In this document: positions 39,288 to 43,874 of the stretch, in pieces
Layout of the letters: the number at the start of each line of letters is the position of its first letter
Numbering within the stretch: position 1 is the first letter of the stretch
Assembly: GCA_023515725.1 (NCBI GenBank)
Contig: JALDTO010000215.1
Coordinates: 711,902 to 755,775, forward strand
DNA length: 43,874 nt
DNA from: Amoeboaphelidium protococcarum X5
Lineage: Eukaryota; Fungi; Aphelidiomycota
Direction: 5' to 3'
Position numbers and translations under genes: made by a program
Notes under the pieces: model-generated
What the model was told of the DNA's origin: nothing
Databases searched by the model: none
Seen by the model: only the letters and a program-made list of their open reading frames with translations

Positions 39288-42200
39288 ATGGTTAGTAGTA
39301 TCGGTAATAATAAACAGAAAGGCAGTAAAAAGGGTGGCGGTTCTGTGCTGAAGCGATTGAAGAGTAATCTCAAAGATTTGGGATTAATCGGTCCATAGAA
39401 AAAGTCTGGTGCCAGCAATAAGGGCACTAAAGCAGGTGATGGTGGACGTGATACTATATTGACTAAGCGCGAAAAATTGGCAAAACTTCATAATAGAATC
39501 AGTCCATTTGAGTTGAAAGTCAACAGATAGAAGCACCAGGTTCTCAATAGAGTGGTGAAAGGAAGTGTTGGTAAGCCCATGATATCGCGCAAGAAGGGCT
39601 ATGAGAATAGATCCAAGACTCTGCTACAGGAGTATAATCAGAAGGACAAGGTGTCATCATTTACTGATCGCAGATTTGGTGAAAATGACTCGAAGATGAC
39701 AGCGGAGGAGAAAATGTTGGCGCGTTTTGCCAAAGAGAAGAGACGGAAGTCTGAGCTGTATAATCTCGCTGACGGTAGTGACAGCAATGGTGATAGTGAC
39801 TATGATGAGGATGGTTTTGGTTCTGGTGCCGGCGGTCTGCTAGGTGAAGATTTGAATGATTTTCAGTTGACTCACTCTGGCAAACGGTTGAGCGAGTATG
39901 ATGATGCACGTCTGGCTTCTCATGATCCAAGATTAAATGATACGCATGATGGTGAAGGTTATGGCGGTGGTGGTGGTACGGATAATATTGACGCGTCTAT
40001 TGTTCGCGATTATCATTTTGGTGGATTCGCGCCGTCTGATCAATAACAATAATAGCAGTAAGATGATCCGAATTATAAGCCAAAAACATTCAAGGATGTT
40101 ATGCATGAAGTCATGGCTAAATCGAAATATCACAAGATGCTGCGATAGAAAGAGTAGGAAGAGAATGAGGATATGGTGTTTGAACTGAATGAAGAAGTTG
40201 ACGATATTCGCGATGTTCTACATGAAGCATCGCAGAAGAGATTGGCAGAGCAGGAGCAGTCTCTATAGGCTACCACGTCTAAAAAGATCGAAAACGAAAT
40301 TGAGGATTATGATATGTTTGTTAAGGAGTTGACTTTTGAGAAGCGGGCTAGACCGACTGATAGACTCAAGACTGAGGAAGAGCTGATTAAAGAAGAGGCT
40401 GACAGATTACGCTAGTTGGAGGAAGAGCGTCGCGCTAGAATGTTCTAATCCTCCTCCAAGTCTAAATGTGTTGGTGGTAGAAAGTACGACTCCTCTGTGG
40501 TGAAAGGAGGTGACGATTTGGAGATTAATTATCAGCTGAGTGACGTTTAAGATTCCGAAGATGAGGATGAGAATATGGAGGAGAGTGGAAATGCTCTGAC
40601 TTATAAAGACGGCAAGTTGATGAATGCTCATGAGCTATCTTTATCCTCTCACGCTAAATTGAGAATATAGAAAGAGCAAGATCTTCATACTGAAGAAGAT
40701 GACGATGAAGAGGAGGTTGATAGCGAAGATGATAGCGACTTTGATAGTGATTTGAATGACTAGGTGGATGAAGATCTAGGTATAAATGCTGATGCATCAA
40801 AGTCATTTGGTGGTGCAAAAGAGTCTGAGAATTCTAGTGAAGTTGAGTCTGTCAATGGAGAAGAATCGGATATTAATGAAGATGCTACTAATCATAGTGA
40901 GAGCGTGGATGAAGAAGAGGGGAAGAATTAATAGAAAGAACTCAACAAGTCCCACGTGCCGTATGTTTTGGAATGTCCGGAAAGCTTTGCCGGACTATAA
41001 TCTCTTATGGCGTAGTACAACGTGATCGATTAAGAAATTGCTCTGAAAAGATTAAAAGTATTGTATCATCCTTCTGTGAATCCGAATCATGGTGGGAAGC
41101 TTGAATTGTTGTTGAAGATGCTTGTTCAGCTGTATGATCTTAAATGCAAGACAAGTGAAAATGATGGTGATTGCAATGTTTTGGAAGAGCTGGACATGTT
41201 GGCCAACAATATTCATGATCTAGCTCTGAAGTATCCAGACACGATGTAAAAGATTGCATTTGCCAAACTGGAAAGGATGCAGAAATCATTGAGTAAAGTA
41301 TCAGTAGCTCTACCTAGCAATCTACCTGCCTCAAAATATAAGTTTATAGTCTCATTGGAGCACCTAATGTCCGCTGCGTTATTGACCAAGTTGTATTCAA
41401 TGACCGACTTTTATAACGCTGTTGGGACACCTTTGTATATGATCTACGCATAGTGGCTGAATAATTTGTGTCACAGAGTAAAGAATTTACCATCAGCGAT
41501 TGATAGTGGTGTCATGTCTCTGGTATTGCGTGAATGCCTGCACGGTTTAATCATCTGTCAGTCTCTTTATGGTTGTGTAATTGAGACTAAGAGATTTATT
41601 CCGGAAGTATAAAACTTTTTAAATACCATGATAAATGTAGTTGGCTCCAAGTATTTAGATGGTGCCGATTTGCATAAGTATGGTCCCTCATTTAGTAATA
41701 CTTAGCTCAAATAGCAATAGCGCCTGTCTCTTGATTTTGCTACTGAGTATATCGAGACCTTTGATACTCCTTTACCGCAGTTACTGATATAAAAGTGTCC
41801 ATTGGGTATAACAGAGTGCAAGTCTGTTTTGTTTAACGTATCCTTGCAATTGCTGTCCTCATATGCGAGTCTTTACGCGTCGAAGGAGACCAGATTGTAA
41901 GGAGATCTTGCCGATGGATAAACTTTATCTGACATTTTTGTGCATGTTCCAGAAGTTAATGGATTTCCCTTCAAGGAAGTTTTTGGTCCAGTTCAATAAG
42001 TTTTTTTGTAGTTGAAGAGTAAGTTCAAGGACGCTGGTATTGAATGCCGATAATTGTCCACGACGGTGAATGAGTTTACTGCGATAGAGACGGATTTGAT
42101 GAAGGTGAGATTGCGTAACTGTCATCTCATTGGCGTTCCTCAATGTACTAGGTTGCCTCTTTAGCTCCACAAATAGAAGCGTCATGCTGTACAGAAGAGT

Positions 42201-42479
42201 CTAAATCCTAAATTTAATGAAGCATTCAATCCGGATCGGAAATATGATCCTAATGCGGAAAGAGCTGAGGCGTAAAAGTTGAAATCATTGCATGCGAAAG
42301 AAATGAAGGGTGCAATGAGGGAGTTGAGAAAAGATGCTGCATTCCTTGCAAAGACTCGGTTGGAGTAGATCAAGGAGAAGGATGCTGAGTACAACAAGAT
42401 GATCAAGAGAGTATACGGCATAATTGGTAATGAAGTGGGGGAGGATCGACGCGAAAGTAAAAGGCATAAGGGAGATTGA
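39288..42479 (+). CDS. NOP14: Nucleolar protein 14 (SSU processome), 1063 aa
   Basis: SPFELKVNRQKH, DRRFGENDSKMTAEEKMLARF, LTHSG, VMAKSK, RARPTDRLKTEEE, KRFIPEV, KEMKGAMRELRKDAAFLA. Confidence 0.92.
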
Positions 42480-42629
42480 GTCGCTGACTGTAATAGCAAG
42501 ACGTCTTTTATTAAAAGAGAATTTTATGTATCCAAAATTTTCTAGCTAGGATGTTGAATCGAAAGCACGAAACTTCAGAAGTTTACTTTTGCAAAGAGAT
42601 GCAACCCATTCTTTGATAAATCAACCGCT

Positions 42630-43544
42630 TCAATCGGAGTGTCTTATTGAACTCAGTGCATGAAGCTCAAAGATACAATATGGAAAGAATCCTAAGAAAG
42701 TACCAACAATTGGAATAACAGCAACACTACCACCGTCAACTAAAAACGCCGTAACCCAAAGATAAACGAAGCAATATGTAGCAGCCAATAATCTAAAGAC
42801 GTTCAAAGTGATTTTAACGGACTTATCAGGGATCACGCATTGAAGTATCAGAGATGCTAACCATAAACCGACAATCACCAAAGTAGCAACAGCCAAATGT
42901 CTATATAAAGCACTGGGGTGCTCAAACGGATGCAAAAAAAGATAATTCTTGTGCGCTAATTCTTATCTCTCTATCTCTCTTTACCGTTCTAAATCAAGTA
43001 AGCTATTGCTAAGCAGATTACGAGTCTATGCAATACAATCACTCACAAAGTCATTAGTACTAGACATGAACTTAATGAGACGATGGGTAGTCTAACGTGG
43101 ATCATCTTGAGTACTCTCCAGAATATCCAGTACTTGCTCTGCTTCATAGCTACTACCGGTGACCTGAGTGACAAACTGGACCAGTTTTCTTGACGCGTCT
43201 TTATAATTAGCCCCTTAAGAGAAGCGCGCCATCAATTCACGCGAGTTCTCGGCCATACGTGGTGCCATTTATTTAGCATGCTCTATAATGGGATCCAGGG
43301 AGAAGGAGACACCATCCATGGTATTCTTGGCAATCTACTTGATAGCTTATATCACCATTTGATCACCACCAGTCATCTCATGCATCAGACGATTGAAGAC
43401 ATCCTTGTCATTAACAAAATCACCATTACGCAAGACGGAAGTGATATCAGATTTCATAAACGCCCCGATGCGCATGGATTGGATCGCAGGGAAGAAGCAA
43501 TTAGCCCACAACACTAACCATGAGAATAGAAGCGCGTAAAACAT
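42630..43544 (-). CDS. Telomere-adjacent hypothetical protein, 304 aa: signal peptide, helical region, ~3 C-terminal TM segments
   Basis: Track ORFs 43347-43544 and 42630-42935 lie in one frame joined through TAR codons; ends in TGA. Confidence 0.7.
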
Positions 43545-43731
43545 CTTAGCAGTGCAGTGGTTATATTTTTATTTCTAATATATGGATAGGGTATCGTTTA
43601 CTTTTACTAACTATGTGCAAGAAGACGACGAAGATAATCTGATCGTTCTCACCCTGTCTCCATAGTGGAAAATTTAGCCCCTTATAAATTCAGGAGTCGC
43701 CATTATTCACTTACAGTTCATTAATGACAAA

Positions 43732-43874
43732 AGGCAGGGCAGGGTAGGCAGGGTAGGGCAGGGTTCAGCAGGGCAGGGCAGGGACAGGGTTAGGGCAGGG
43801 TTAGGCAGGGTTAGGCAGGGCAGGGTTTAGCAGGGTTAGGGCAGGGTTAGGGCAGGGTTAGGGCAGGGTTAGGG
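43732..43874 (+). repeat. Telomeric repeat array, unit CAGGGTTAGGG with degenerate proximal copies
   Basis: Four perfect 11-mers at 43831-43874 run to the sequence end, G-rich strand oriented toward the end; variants (CAGGG, TAGG, TTAGG, TTCAG) lie proximally. Confidence 0.9.

Overview
This is a gene-dense eukaryotic window ending in a telomere. It uses a non-standard nuclear code in which TAA and TAG encode Gln and only TGA is stop, so the supplied standard-code ORF track breaks every real gene into fragments and misses several entirely. The code, fungal-like housekeeping genes, vinculin, prominin and tiny GT-AG introns suggest an early-diverging fungal relative such as the aphelid Amoeboaphelidium (inference). 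Re-read with TAR=Gln, the window holds tRNA-Cys, a CCX Na/Ca exchanger, a 43-aa Cys-rich microprotein, ALG3, a Slo/BK-type K+ channel, SRP14, vinculin, a MYST acetyltransferase, SRP9/21, ProRS, MOCS2A, a SET protein, a prominin-like protein, RPS25, a probable U17/snR30 snoRNA, mitochondrial intermediate peptidase, calcineurin A, NOP14, several orphans and a compound (CAGGGTTAGGG)n telomere. The most interesting region is a ~9 kb accessory block (14409-23629) of four genes. The first is an LRR-ankyrin-triple CbxX/SpoVK-type AAA+ protein with a Tudor-like insert. The second is a vWA-IFI44-like GTPase ending in two SAM-like repeats. The third is a small protein starting with the same SAM-like motif, and the fourth is a coiled-coil plus alpha/beta-domain orphan. 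Together they may form an innate-immunity/conflict module. All domain calls were made by eye from motifs; no searches were run.
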